DNA of 60,872 bases from Kiritimatiellia bacterium (GTDB lineage: Bacteria > Verrucomicrobiota > Kiritimatiellia > RFP12 > UBA1067). Shown here piece by piece: positions 25,801-34,800 of the stretch. Within the stretch, counting starts at the first letter, position 1. Each line of letters starts with the position of its first letter. A program made the position numbers and the translations under genes. Below the pieces are notes generated by a model that saw only the letters and a list, made by a program, of their open reading frames with translations, was not told where the DNA came from and made no database searches. The DNA lies in contig JAZUHK010000030.1 in assembly GCA_045641645.1 (NCBI GenBank), positions 1-60,872 of the forward strand. Direction: 5' to 3'.

Positions 25801-28064
25801 ATGACGGCTCCTTGGGCGGTACGGCAACCGGAGGAACACGCGCGGAAACCAATCAAGGGCGCGGCATTTATGCGCATGCGGGCGGCATTGGATACAGCAG
25901 CACCTATCCGGGCGGCGGCGGCGGCGCCGGCGGCGTGGGCGGTGATGGTTCGGCATCCGCCGCAGGTACGGCCGGCGCGGGCCTAATTAGGGCGATTACG
26001 GGCGAGGCGATTGAGTATGCGCGCGGCGGCGATGCGACTACGGAGGAGACAGTTCCGGCGGCGCTTGGCTATGGCGGCAACCTCAATCAGGCGGGTGGCT
26101 CGGGCGTAGCGATTTTCCGCTATGAAATCTCCGACGAACAGTATGAGACGCTCTTGGCACAGCTTCCCAAGCTGGCGGCGAAACCGAAGCTCACGGCGGA
26201 TAGTGCCGTTTACGATGGGGCGGATCACCGCCCGGCGTTACCTGGCTCGATCGGCTATCAGATCCGTTATTCGGCGGAGGAGTGGATTAATGCCGGCGAA
26301 TATCGGGCGGAGATCGTGCTGAACGACGGCTATCAGTGGGAGGATGATCTTTCCGAGGAGCCGCTGACGCTGGACTTTACGATAACGCAAGCGGAGAACG
26401 AGTGGGTGACGGAGCCGACGATCAGCAAGGTCTCTTGGCTGGAGCAGACGGAGAGCGGGGTGGTGGATGCCGGCGAAGCGCGGTTTGGTACGCCCGTTGT
26501 GACCTATGACGGCGGGGTTTCGGAGATGCCGACGATTCCGGGCGTTTATACGGCCACCGTTGCTGTTCCTGGCTGTGGCAATTATAGCGCACTTAACTAT
26601 GCGCTCAATTTTGAAATCACCTTTAATAGTGCGACGCGCGAGAGTGTGGAGATTCCGGAGTTGCCGGAATCCGGGACGGTTTTTGCGTACGATGGCACGG
26701 ATCACCATCCGTCAATCGCCGAGACCGATCTCATCGCGGTTAGCTATTCCAAGGCGCAGTGGACGGAGATCGGGGTTTACACGCTGACGCTCTCGCTGAA
26801 GGATCCGGGGCGGTATATGTGGGCGGACGAGACGGTGCAAAATCGCATTTATACCTATTATGTGCGCGAACAGCACACCTCGACGACCGGTACTCCGGTG
26901 GAGGGTACGCTTGAGAACACGACTTGGGGGAGGCAGTATGTCTTGTGCGATGACGGCAATCATGGCAATTATCGGATTGTGGTGGTTACGAATGCGAATG
27001 AATCCGTTTCGGTGCAAGTGCCAGCGGGGACTTCGGTCGAATATCTGATTGTGGGCGGCGGCGGTGGCGCGGGTGGAACCTTCAACCGCTTTGGTGGCGG
27101 CGGTGGCGGTGCGGGCGCTTTTCAATTCGGATTTTTAGATATTGCTCAGTCATCGACAATCGTTGTTAGCGTGGGTGCGGGCGGTGCGGGTGATGATAGC
27201 GATGCCGCTAAGTGGACGGGGAGTAACGGCGGGGATACAACGCTCTCAATGGCCGGACAAGTGGTGCGCTTGGCCACCGGCGGAGGAGCTGGCGGGGCGT
27301 ATAATCGGGCGGGTGCAGATTCGGAGGGTGGCTCCGGCGGCGGCGGACCGAACGGAACTATTAATGCTGCCGGATCTTCGGTGGCGCCGACGGATGCGGC
27401 GTCGGCGGAATCGTTAGGGCATAATGGCGGAGCTGGCTTTGCTGGAAATAGTGCTTATACTGGCGGTGGCGGCGGCGCCGGCAGTGCGGGAGCTGACGCG
27501 GCTTCAAATAAAGGCGGCAATGGCGGGGATGGCGTTCAATGTTATATTACGGGCGAGGGTAAGTGGTATGCGGCCGGCGGCGGTGGCGCATATGGCGGCG
27601 TAGGCGGTAGTGAGGTTGGCGGCAGTAATGGTCAGGCGGCGGTGGCAAATACCGGTTCTGGCGGAGGTGCGGGTGATGGTCATGGCGGTGCCGGTTCCGA
27701 AGGTATTGCGGTTTTACGTTTCCGCTTACCCGAGGGAGTTCCTTTGCTTTCCGCGGCATCGCTGACGGTTACGGATACGGCGGCGGGGACGGTTGCGGTG
27801 ACGGCGACGGTGCCGTGGCTTGGTGGCGAGGAGGTCTGCGATCTCGTCCTCAAATACGGGAAGACGCCGGGCGTTTATTCGAGGCAGACGGTGGTTTGCG
27901 CCGGGGCGAGTGCTGGCGAGATCGAGGGAACGGCTACGATTTCGCGCGGCACTTGGTACGGCGTACTGGTAGCTCGGACGGCGGCAGGCGAAAGCGTTGC
28001 CTCGCAGGAATTTCAGTTCGTCTCGGAAAAGCGGCATCAGGGCGTGATTGTCGTCATTAAATGA
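22899..28064 (+). CDS. giant secreted protein (1,721 aa): three glycine-rich domains, an SGNH hydrolase domain and MBG-like repeats
   Basis: Signal peptide. Glycine-rich domains at about 23004-23765, 25440-26125 and 27011-27730, each starting (Y)L(L/I)VGGGGG.G and ending GGSG.VI..F/Y-like. SGNH blocks IIGDSYS and FGGTNDNW at about 24488-25230. YDGADHRP and YDGTDHHP MBG-like units at about 26190-26850. Confidence 0.8.
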   Translation: MKRNSLVLCGVMTLAFAGSRVLAYEDDYLTTTDSGVTVIDTEEGNRVYVFTTAGTELTATLKRDMKLDQVLLVGGGGGGGGFKGGGGGAGQVIHLQNLNLLHSVGVSYRFTVGSGGTAGTSAFNVSAGDGGDGLATSFAITGADIGGSASYSAAGGGGGGRWGVAGHNGACGGGAGGTSDAKPSGGVGSVGGDGGNNVGVARNAGSGPGGGGMGRDLQGADGESTDTGLGGAGYLCSITGVEKEYGRGGDGGGLASAAAGALGSGNGGGGGAMSAAAYSGGSGTVILAFSLNAKPKIKATLDAVELRPNGEATIRYSLTDVGSGSCSVAVAVAVDEGDFGDTNVIGNVTEPGTFTSAPMAISGFATKTTYRFKLIVTNESDDPLVTEPVSAISIPEPAATFAVREVAAAMDSETFSAQGAIAVTGCGDFCDAVDVYLVLAKEGNERPAWDAPVMTVGLGEAEYAFTGLEELTTYRYWFKVVNANAYATEVATGTFKTPKYVEPAVLPEPVAGMTVEEAMAALRPQSHRGPKVLIIGDSYSTFYGCIPEDYAAYYAMTAGQVKNGVENPSYTWWYKFIKAVDGYLVRNDSYSGSTIAWWGIYAQAHNFTGWTYWQADRDESFCERVKNLGETEADRPDLILVFGGTNDNWMRQRVKEGDASQMGPYTFDPRARDGLVNENDCVHLAPAIHQLMWVLRNKYPLAKTMFIINSRSTVNYGGGAPTGKEQDGMTDEYIEAIDVAARGLGCATVKLKDIGKENQHPNVEGMVAIAQQVADNYNAWKSMDWEVISPSAGIGADEDGSRSETGDEIAGTANEDFGFWRLVNHRDAGGVTRHYRVIAVTNDTQEQQVDVPADTAVEYLLVGGGGGAGTVFNAKYGGCGGAGALNEGFRRWEAATTLTVRLGVGGSHDASNNGLPGLPTVVYAPAITCLPFEGDGGSQVTERECRLLMAAGGGGGANCNSSTMGVVNDGSLGGTATGGTRAETNQGRGIYAHAGGIGYSSTYPGGGGGAGGVGGDGSASAAGTAGAGLIRAITGEAIEYARGGDATTEETVPAALGYGGNLNQAGGSGVAIFRYEISDEQYETLLAQLPKLAAKPKLTADSAVYDGADHRPALPGSIGYQIRYSAEEWINAGEYRAEIVLNDGYQWEDDLSEEPLTLDFTITQAENEWVTEPTISKVSWLEQTESGVVDAGEARFGTPVVTYDGGVSEMPTIPGVYTATVAVPGCGNYSALNYALNFEITFNSATRESVEIPELPESGTVFAYDGTDHHPSIAETDLIAVSYSKAQWTEIGVYTLTLSLKDPGRYMWADETVQNRIYTYYVREQHTSTTGTPVEGTLENTTWGRQYVLCDDGNHGNYRIVVVTNANESVSVQVPAGTSVEYLIVGGGGGAGGTFNRFGGGGGGAGAFQFGFLDIAQSSTIVVSVGAGGAGDDSDAAKWTGSNGGDTTLSMAGQVVRLATGGGAGGAYNRAGADSEGGSGGGGPNGTINAAGSSVAPTDAASAESLGHNGGAGFAGNSAYTGGGGGAGSAGADAASNKGGNGGDGVQCYITGEGKWYAAGGGGAYGGVGGSEVGGSNGQAAVANTGSGGGAGDGHGGAGSEGIAVLRFRLPEGVPLLSAASLTVTDTAAGTVAVTATVPWLGGEEVCDLVLKYGKTPGVYSRQTVVCAGASAGEIEGTATISRGTWYGVLVARTAAGESVASQEFQFVSEKRHQGVIVVIK

Positions 28065-28130
28065 GGATAGTTGGAGTGAAGAGTTGGAGTTAGGTGGCGC
28101 CCGAACCGGTTGCCCGAAGCGGCGGAATTA

Positions 28131-28139
28131 TGATAGAAT
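28131..28139 (+). promoter_or_regulatory. extended -10 box TGATAGAAT (internal promoter for the fucosidase gene)
   Basis: Lies 31 nt upstream of ATG 28171, with an AAGGAG SD between. Confidence 0.4.
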
Positions 28140-28170
28140 AAGAGCAACTGTTCGCGAAAGGAGACAAACG

Positions 28171-29235
28171 ATGACACGTAAGGACTTTATTACCGGTGGC
28201 GCTTCGGCGTTGGCGTTCGCTTCGACCTTCGGGCTCAACGGCTTCGGCGAGGAACTCGATTCGCCGCAGCTCGCGGCAGCCAAACGGTGGTTCAAGGAGG
28301 CGCAGTACGGGATGATGATCCACTGGGGGCTCTATTCGCTTTTGGCCGGCGAGTGGAAGGGCCAGCGTATGGCCCAGCAGTTCATCGCCGAGTGGATTCA
28401 GCAGTATTACCGCATTCCGAACGCCGAATATTCCCGGCTCGCGTCGGTCTTTAACCCCATCTACTTCAACGCCGACGAGTGGGTCAAGCTCGCGCGGGAT
28501 GCGGGCATGAAGTACGTCGTCCTCACTTCTAAGCACCACGACGGGTTCGCGATGTTCCACTCGAAGGTGTCGAAGTACAATGTCGTCGATGCGACGCCGT
28601 TTAAGCGCGATGTCGTCGGCGAGCTCGCCGAAGCGTGCCGCAAGCACGGGCTTAAGCTGGGGCTCTACTATTCGCAGGACCTCGACTGGCATGAGCCCAA
28701 CGGCGGCGGCTATACGCTCGGCAAGACCTGGACGGATTGCGCGGCCTATTGGACGAATAACTGGGATTTCCCCGAAGACGGGAAGAAGGATTTTTCGGAA
28801 TACTTCTACTCGAAGGCGGTTCCGCAGGTGAAGGAGATTTTGACGCAGTATGGCGACCTCTGCCTCATCTGGTTCGATATCGGCATGACGCTCTCTAAGG
28901 AGCAGTCGAACGAGCTGTACCAGCTGGTGCGCAAGCTGCAGCCGGGCTGCCTCATCAATTCGCGCATCGGCAGCGGCAAGTGCGACTACACCTCCTCGGG
29001 CGATAACGAGATTCCGGAAGGCGACCGCGGCGGAATGCTCTACGAGACGTGCGCGACCACCAACGACTCCTGGGGCTACAAGGCGAGCGACCAGAAATGG
29101 AAGAGCGCCGAAGAAATCCGCAAGACGCGCGAGCACCTGAAGGCGATCGGGGCGAATTATCTCCTCAACGTCGGTCCCGACGGTCTCGGGCGCATTCCCG
29201 CGCCGGCGATCGCCAATCTGCTCGCGGCGCGCTGA
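28171..29235 (+). CDS. alpha-L-fucosidase (GH29)
   Basis: YGMMIHWGLYS...KYVVLTSKHHDGFAMFHS are canonical GH29 motifs. Signal-like N-terminus MTRKDFITGGASALAFAS. Confidence 0.85.
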   Translation: MTRKDFITGGASALAFASTFGLNGFGEELDSPQLAAAKRWFKEAQYGMMIHWGLYSLLAGEWKGQRMAQQFIAEWIQQYYRIPNAEYSRLASVFNPIYFNADEWVKLARDAGMKYVVLTSKHHDGFAMFHSKVSKYNVVDATPFKRDVVGELAEACRKHGLKLGLYYSQDLDWHEPNGGGYTLGKTWTDCAAYWTNNWDFPEDGKKDFSEYFYSKAVPQVKEILTQYGDLCLIWFDIGMTLSKEQSNELYQLVRKLQPGCLINSRIGSGKCDYTSSGDNEIPEGDRGGMLYETCATTNDSWGYKASDQKWKSAEEIRKTREHLKAIGANYLLNVGPDGLGRIPAPAIANLLAAR

Positions 29236-29260
29236 ACGGAATTCCGATTAAGCTGACATA

Positions 29261-30655
29261 ATGAAGAAGCTCACGATTCTTGCCGTACTGGCCCTCGCCT
29301 CGACGGCGTTCGCCTCCGCCCCCAAGAACATCATCCTCTTTATCGGCGACGGGATGTCCACGCCGCAGCGGATGACGGCGGACGAATTCGCCCGCAAGGC
29401 GGGTTTCCCCGAGCTGGTGATGAACCGCCTGCCGTATCAGGCGACGACTCGCACCTGCTCCGCGGACTCGCTCGTCACCGATTCCGCGGCAGCGGCGACG
29501 GCGATCGCCTGCGGCGAGAAGACCTACAACGGCGCGGTCGGCGTCAACGCGGCGACCAACCGCCTCCTCTCGTCCGCCAGCGCGGCGAAGGCGTCCGGGC
29601 GCAAGGTCGGCATCGTGACGTCCGTCACCAACAACCACGCGACGCCCGCCGGCTTCTACGGGCACCGCAAGCATCGCGGCGAGGGCTACGGGCTCGGCCT
29701 CGACCTGCTCGCGTCCGATTTCGACTACTTCGCCGGCGGCGGGCTGGATGGTCATGATGACAAGAGCTACCCGTCCTATAAGGGCGACATTTATGCGCTG
29801 GCGGCGGATGCGGGCTACACCTTCGTCAATACGGACGCCGTGGCGTTTCGGGCGCTGAAGCCGGGCGCGGGCAAGGTCTGGTATGTGGCGTGCGCAGGCC
29901 CGATGCCGTTTGCAATCGACGCGGACGATTGGGGCGCGGGGTTGCCGTCGCTGGCGGAGCTTACCGCCAAGGGCATTGAGCTATTGGAGAACGACCAGGG
30001 TTTCTTCATGATGGTCGAAGGTGGCAAGATCGATTGGGCGGGGCACGCCAACGACGCGGCGACGAACCTGCGCGAGGTGTTGGCGCTCGACGAGGCCGTG
30101 CGGGTGGCGCTCGACTATCAGCAGACGCATCCCGACACGCTGATCGTGACGACGGGCGACCATGAGACGGGCGGCATGTCGATGGGTTTTGCAGGGACGG
30201 GCTATGCGTTCTATATGGATCGGCTCGCGAACCAGAAGTGCTCTTCCGAGAAGATCGGAAGGTACATCGCGGCGAATCATCCGGCAACGTTCGACGACCT
30301 GAAGACGTTTCTCACGGAGAACTTCGGCTTCGACTTCTCCGGCGAACAGGCGAAGGGCAATCCGATGGCGCTTTCAAAGGACGAGATCGCGACGCTCTCC
30401 GAGGCGTTCGCGCACGATCTTGAACTGGCGAAGAAAGGCAAGCGGGATGACGAGGCGTATGACGCGCACAAGATCTCGCGGCTCCCGACCGCAGTCAAGG
30501 ACATCTTCTCCCACAAGTGTGGCATCGGCTGGAGCTCCGGGGCGCATACGGCCTTGCCGGTGCTCACGACCGCGGGCGGCCCGGGGGCGGAGCGGTTTTT
30601 GGGATTCCTCGACAATACGGACATCGCCAAGATCCTGAAGTCGCTGATGGAATAA
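29261..30655 (+). CDS. alkaline phosphatase (PhoA family)
   Basis: Signal peptide. ILFIGDGMS metal site, active-site VTDSAAAATA, and later GDHETGG and AHT motifs. Confidence 0.85.
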   Translation: MKKLTILAVLALASTAFASAPKNIILFIGDGMSTPQRMTADEFARKAGFPELVMNRLPYQATTRTCSADSLVTDSAAAATAIACGEKTYNGAVGVNAATNRLLSSASAAKASGRKVGIVTSVTNNHATPAGFYGHRKHRGEGYGLGLDLLASDFDYFAGGGLDGHDDKSYPSYKGDIYALAADAGYTFVNTDAVAFRALKPGAGKVWYVACAGPMPFAIDADDWGAGLPSLAELTAKGIELLENDQGFFMMVEGGKIDWAGHANDAATNLREVLALDEAVRVALDYQQTHPDTLIVTTGDHETGGMSMGFAGTGYAFYMDRLANQKCSSEKIGRYIAANHPATFDDLKTFLTENFGFDFSGEQAKGNPMALSKDEIATLSEAFAHDLELAKKGKRDDEAYDAHKISRLPTAVKDIFSHKCGIGWSSGAHTALPVLTTAGGPGAERFLGFLDNTDIAKILKSLME

Positions 30656-30663
30656 GGGGGAAA

Positions 30664-31764
30664 GTGCGGAAGGTATTGCCAGTTGCCGTTCTGGCGGCGG
30701 TTTGCGTCGTGCTGGCGTTGCTGCCGGGGCCGCGCAAGCTGGCGGCGGCGGGCGGCGAGACCTCGCGGGCCGAGGTCGTCGAAGTTGATGACTCGGCTCT
30801 TGCGCTTCACGGAATCGTCGAGTTCGGTACGCAGAAACTGAAGGTGCGGCTGCCGGACGGTTCGGTTCACACTGGCTTTAACGAGCTTCGCGCCCAGATG
30901 GAGCTGGACAAGAAGTTCAAGGTCGGCGACACGGCGCTGGTTGTCCTCGGATCGGATCCGCTCGTCGTCCGCGACCACTGGCGTCTCGGTTGGATGGCCG
31001 TGCTCTTCGGGGGCTTCGCGCTGCTGCTTTTCGCCTTCGGCGGTTGGACGGGGCTCAAGGCGCTTTTCAGCTTTGTCTTCAGCTGCTTCGCCGTATGGAA
31101 GTTTCTCATTCCGCTCTGTCTCTCCGGTTGGAGCGCGGAGTGGACGGCGTTCGGCGTTGTCTCGGTGCTGACGGCGGTCATCATGTACCTTGTCGCCGGA
31201 TGGACGCGAAAGGGCGCCGCGGCGTTTCTCGGCGCGATTCTCGGCGTCGTCGTCTCGCTGGGGCTCGCGGACTTCTTCGCGGTGGTGCTTCACGTGAATG
31301 GTGCGACGATGCCGTTCGTGCAGACACTGCTCTACTCCGGCTATGTCGATCTTGACCTTGCGGATGTCTTCACGGGCGCGGTCATCCTCGCCTCGTCCGG
31401 CGCGGTGATGGACCTTGCGATGGATATCGCCTCGGCCGTCGAGGAGGTTGCGCGGCACAATCCGTCCCTCTCGCGCCGCGAACTCCTCCTTTCGGGGCTG
31501 CGCGTCGGCCGTTCTGTCGTCGGGACGATGACAACGACACTCCTCCTTGCGTATTCGGGCGGATACTTAACGCTCCTCATGGTTTTCGCGGCGCAGGGGA
31601 CCGATCCCCTCGACTTCGTCAATTCGACGCTCGTCTCGGCGGAAATCGTTAAGACGCTAGTCGGCAGCTTCGGGCTCGTCTTGGTCGCGCCGTTCACGGC
31701 ATTGGTGAGCGCGGCGTTTCCCCGCCCGTCATTGAAAACACGACATGAATTTGTAATCGGTTAG
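30664..31764 (+). CDS. YibE/F-family integral membrane protein
   Basis: GTG start 3 nt after an AAGGGGG SD. N-terminal TM segment, an extracytoplasmic beta domain (EVVEVDD...KLKVRLPDG), then at least 6 TM segments. Confidence 0.65.
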   Translation: MRKVLPVAVLAAVCVVLALLPGPRKLAAAGGETSRAEVVEVDDSALALHGIVEFGTQKLKVRLPDGSVHTGFNELRAQMELDKKFKVGDTALVVLGSDPLVVRDHWRLGWMAVLFGGFALLLFAFGGWTGLKALFSFVFSCFAVWKFLIPLCLSGWSAEWTAFGVVSVLTAVIMYLVAGWTRKGAAAFLGAILGVVVSLGLADFFAVVLHVNGATMPFVQTLLYSGYVDLDLADVFTGAVILASSGAVMDLAMDIASAVEEVARHNPSLSRRELLLSGLRVGRSVVGTMTTTLLLAYSGGYLTLLMVFAAQGTDPLDFVNSTLVSAEIVKTLVGSFGLVLVAPFTALVSAAFPRPSLKTRHEFVIG

Positions 31765-31830
31765 TTTTGCTCGTCCCTCGCAAAACTAACCGGCGGTTGC
31801 GGAGGGTTGACCATGAGTGAGCTTTTTCGC

Positions 31831-31836
31831 TATAAT
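31831..31836 (+). promoter_or_regulatory. -10 box TATAAT for the 3,587-aa gene
   Basis: TCGCTATAATACCC resembles the other boxes. It ends 7 nt before ATG 31844. Confidence 0.4.
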
Positions 31837-31843
31837 ACCCAAC

Positions 31844-34800
31844 ATGATGCGTCGCCTGATATTCGGAGCGATTACTCTTGGCTTATGCCTTCTCGGGCAT
31901 AGGGCCTGGGCAGATACCGCCGTGTCCATCAAGGGCGAGACGGTTGGCTTTACCGGCGCCATCCTGAAGCGGTCGGGCGTTCTCGTCCCGGCCGGCTATA
32001 CGCTCCTTAAGGCGGTCAAGACGGATGGGAAATCCTACATCGACACGGGCTATCAGCCCACCTCGCTCGATTTGGGTTTTGACCTCGATTTCACTTATCA
32101 CTCGCCGCTTTCGACGACGAACGGGCGGCGGATTCTGGGCGCGAGCGGCAAGTCGAATGGCGAGTGGAGCGGGCTCTTTTTAAGCGGCACGACGATTGCG
32201 GGTGCGGAGGGTGGCGGCACTTTCTACTTCGGCAAGATGGCTTCGCCGATCAATCCCGAGCTTAAGCAGAACGAGCGGGTGCTGTTGCGGGTTCGCAACC
32301 ATGCGCTTAAGTCCTCGGCGGGGCTTGGGGAGGCGCTGACGGCGACAGACGCTAATTTCGGCGTAACTAATCTGTGGATTGGACGGGTGGGCACCTCTTC
32401 GGGTTATCAGGTATCCACCTCGGCCTTGTTGACGCTCTACGGCTTTAAGATCTACGAGGGGGATACGCTGGTAGCGAACTTCATTCCCGTGCAGCGCAAT
32501 GAAGACGGGGCGGTCGGGCTTCTTGATATCGCGGGCAACCAGGGCTTCTGCGGCAATGCGGCCGGCGAAGGAGAGCTTGCCGCGATTGAGCTTACCGATG
32601 CGCCGCCCAGCTTGGTCATCACTTCTTCGCTCGGGGACGGAGTGGCGGCGCAGCCCGGCGAAGTGTTCCCCGGTTACGGCGTTGAGGCGGGACTGCAGGC
32701 GGGCGAGAAGATCGCCATCGGGATCTTGCGTGATAACGAGTTTGGCAACTTCTGCTCGGGCTGGAAGCTCTATCATCAAGAGGGCGAAGCTTGGGTCTTG
32801 GATCAAAGTGGCTCCGGGCCGTTAGCATATGTGCAGGGCGGCGTTCCCGCCAAGCTCGAATGGCAGTGGCATCAGCTGGTGCTGAACGGGTTTGAGGCCA
32901 TCAAGAATGGTGGCATCGAATCTGGCACTTGGATTAAGAATGACGGGGCGTATGGCTCTAATGACGGAACCGCCGCGTTTACCGCAGATTGGACGGGGGG
33001 AATTATTTCCAAGGCGGGCAGCGGCGGATACAATGTTCCGACGGAATTGGTGGCGGGAACCTATTGCATGGTGGCTCAGGGAAATACGACTTTTTCCCAG
33101 AAGATTAGTATTCCCGTGGCGGGCACTGGGGTTTTGAGTTTTAGTTGTGCGCGGAGGGGAGGAACATATAATCCTAACACTCCGCATTATTTGACGGTTT
33201 CGCTCGGCGGTCAGGTTGTGGTGGACAACGCATCCATCATCGGCGATAATGTTCAGCAAAAGTCCTTCGATCTTGGACAGGTGCCCGCAGGTGAAACAAC
33301 GCTGGAATTCGTCTTTTCTAAGACCAGCGGCGACCTGGCTACTTTCCTTGAGGATATTTCGCTTAAGGTGACTTCAAAGGAGTCGAGTGACGAGGGAACA
33401 TTCATTATCTCCTCTTCGGTGGATGGAGAAAGAGGTGCGCCGCAGCCGGCCTATGGCTCGTATAGCGGTTTTGCCGAGGGTGACCCCGTTTCGGCGCGGA
33501 TGGAAAATGCCGTCGTCACCAACGGCATAGAGGTTTTTAGCTGCGTCGGCTGGCGGCTTTACGGCTATGACCGTATGACCGATGGCTGGGAACTGCGTTC
33601 CGAGGGTGCCGGCACGGCCTTTGCCGGGGTCTTCGCCTATCCGCGCATGAAGCTCGAGTGGGTGTGGCTAAAGTGGTTGTCTGAAAATCCGCTGCCAGAG
33701 GGATATACCTTGCTGGACTATGTGGAATCGAATGGTAGCCAGTATTTCGATACTGACGTTGTGCCGAAAGATAATACGCGGTTAGTTATTGATCTTCAAT
33801 ACTATCAGCTTCCACTTCCACCGAATTATCTCGCTCGAAACGGTTGGGGGTCTTCTGCTACTCAAGAGGCGTTTGAATGGGGTATTCGAAATGGGCAATT
33901 CATGGTGTGCGTTAGCCCGGATACGGCATATGTGGATTGTGGAGCGATGGATACGGAGCGGCACAATTTCGATATCGGAAACGGCAAGCAGTATTTTGAC
34001 GGCGAGCTTGTCTCGCAGACGTCGGTTGGCAATACGGCAACCTCAGGGCAGACGATATATCTCTTCAACTTGCATGGTGAATGGATTACGTCGTCGGGAG
34101 GAAATGTGGGCGACCAATGCTATGAACGGATTTTCCGTTGCCAGATCTTTAACGGCGGGACATGGTTGCGGGACTATGTGCCGGCTAAGGATGATAATGG
34201 AACGATCGGGTTTTACGATTTGATAGCGAAGTCGTTTAAGACCTCGGAGAGCGGAACTCTGGACGCGGGGCCACCGAAGGAGCCGCCGAGCGTGGGTACG
34301 CCGGGGACGGTCGCCGTTGAGGGCGTGCCGGCTGCTTACGCCCAGGTCTTTCCCGCCTACGGCATTTATGAGATACCGACGGAGCCGATCGTCTGCTCCG
34401 CGCCCGAGGCCCCGACGGGGCTTGATGTGGTTGTCCGTTGCCGCGGATACCGCCTCTCGGTTCTGGATGCGCAGGGCGAGTGGCAGGAGGCGGAGGCCGG
34501 CGAGACCTCCTCGTTCCTACTGGAGCCGTCCGCTTCGCCGATGAAGGTGGAGTGGCTGTGGGAAGCGCATACCGAAACCTATCACGCGACGATTGGCGGC
34601 ACGCAGCGCTTGAGCGAGATCGCCTGGCTGGATGCGAACAACCGGCTGGTCGATTGGGATACCGTGCGGCTTTCGGCGGCGGAACTGCAGCTCTCCGCAG
34701 GCGGGGCGGTGACGGTGGATTTCGATGCTTCAATCGAATTTTCGCGACTCACGCTTGCGGGCGGCGGCTATTTCCGGCTGGTGAACACGGTTCTGCCGTC

